From assembly GCF_006345805.1 (NCBI RefSeq), contig NC_043003.1, positions 39,122,001-39,186,000 of the forward strand: a stretch of DNA of 64,000 nucleotides, in the 5' to 3' direction. The notes under the pieces were generated by a model. The model was not told where the DNA came from, ran no database searches, and worked only from the letters and a program-made list of their open reading frames with translations. Positions 63,857-64,000 of the stretch are shown in pieces; position 1 is the first letter of the stretch; every line of letters begins with the position of its first letter. This stretch comes from Octopus sinensis (lineage: Eukaryota). The position numbers and the translations under genes were made by a program.

Positions 63857-64000
63857 TTATAAATCTAATATTATCCTATCCTTCCTTAATACCGGTTCCC
63901 ATATGCTACTCATATCTGCACTCGGTCTACTTAGGAGGTTGTTGTGTCCTAGCATATGTGCTGCTTCTTTTAGTTTTCATATTTTCCAGTGGTATTCTCA
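63857..64000 (-). pseudogene. PLE GIY-YIG C-terminal fragment (continues beyond window)
   Basis: EYHWKI*KLKEAAHML...SRPSADMSSIWEPVLRK. Confidence 0.65.

Overview
AT-rich, repeat-saturated animal genomic DNA. The SINE, LINE and microsatellite landscape strongly resembles an Octopus genome (inference). No host gene can be named; only a few weak candidate exons exist. Main content: a full-length Tx1/L1-clade LINE (15235-21320, +) embedded in a (TATC)n/(TGTC)n array; a full-length R4/Dong-type RLE LINE (56138-60124, -) plus five further R4-type 3' fragments stacked in (TAA)n tracts; many Penelope-like element (PLE) remnants at (TA)n tracts; RTE, CR1, Tigger, Tc1/mariner, piggyBac and Helentron-like relics; about 20 tRNA-derived SINEs; and a probable false 2.5 kb duplication across a 100-N gap. 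The most striking unannotated layer is self-cleaving RNA. About ten type I hammerhead ribozyme (HHR) folds occur in several unrelated repeats, three with compensatory swaps of the core 3:8 pair (one A3:U8, two U3:A8). One HHR sits in a tandem retrozyme-like unit, and an HDV-like fold lies at an isolated RTE 5' end. All folds were read by eye and none is shown to be active. Many ORFs in the supplied track are microsatellite artefacts. Coordinates of degenerate repeats are approximate.
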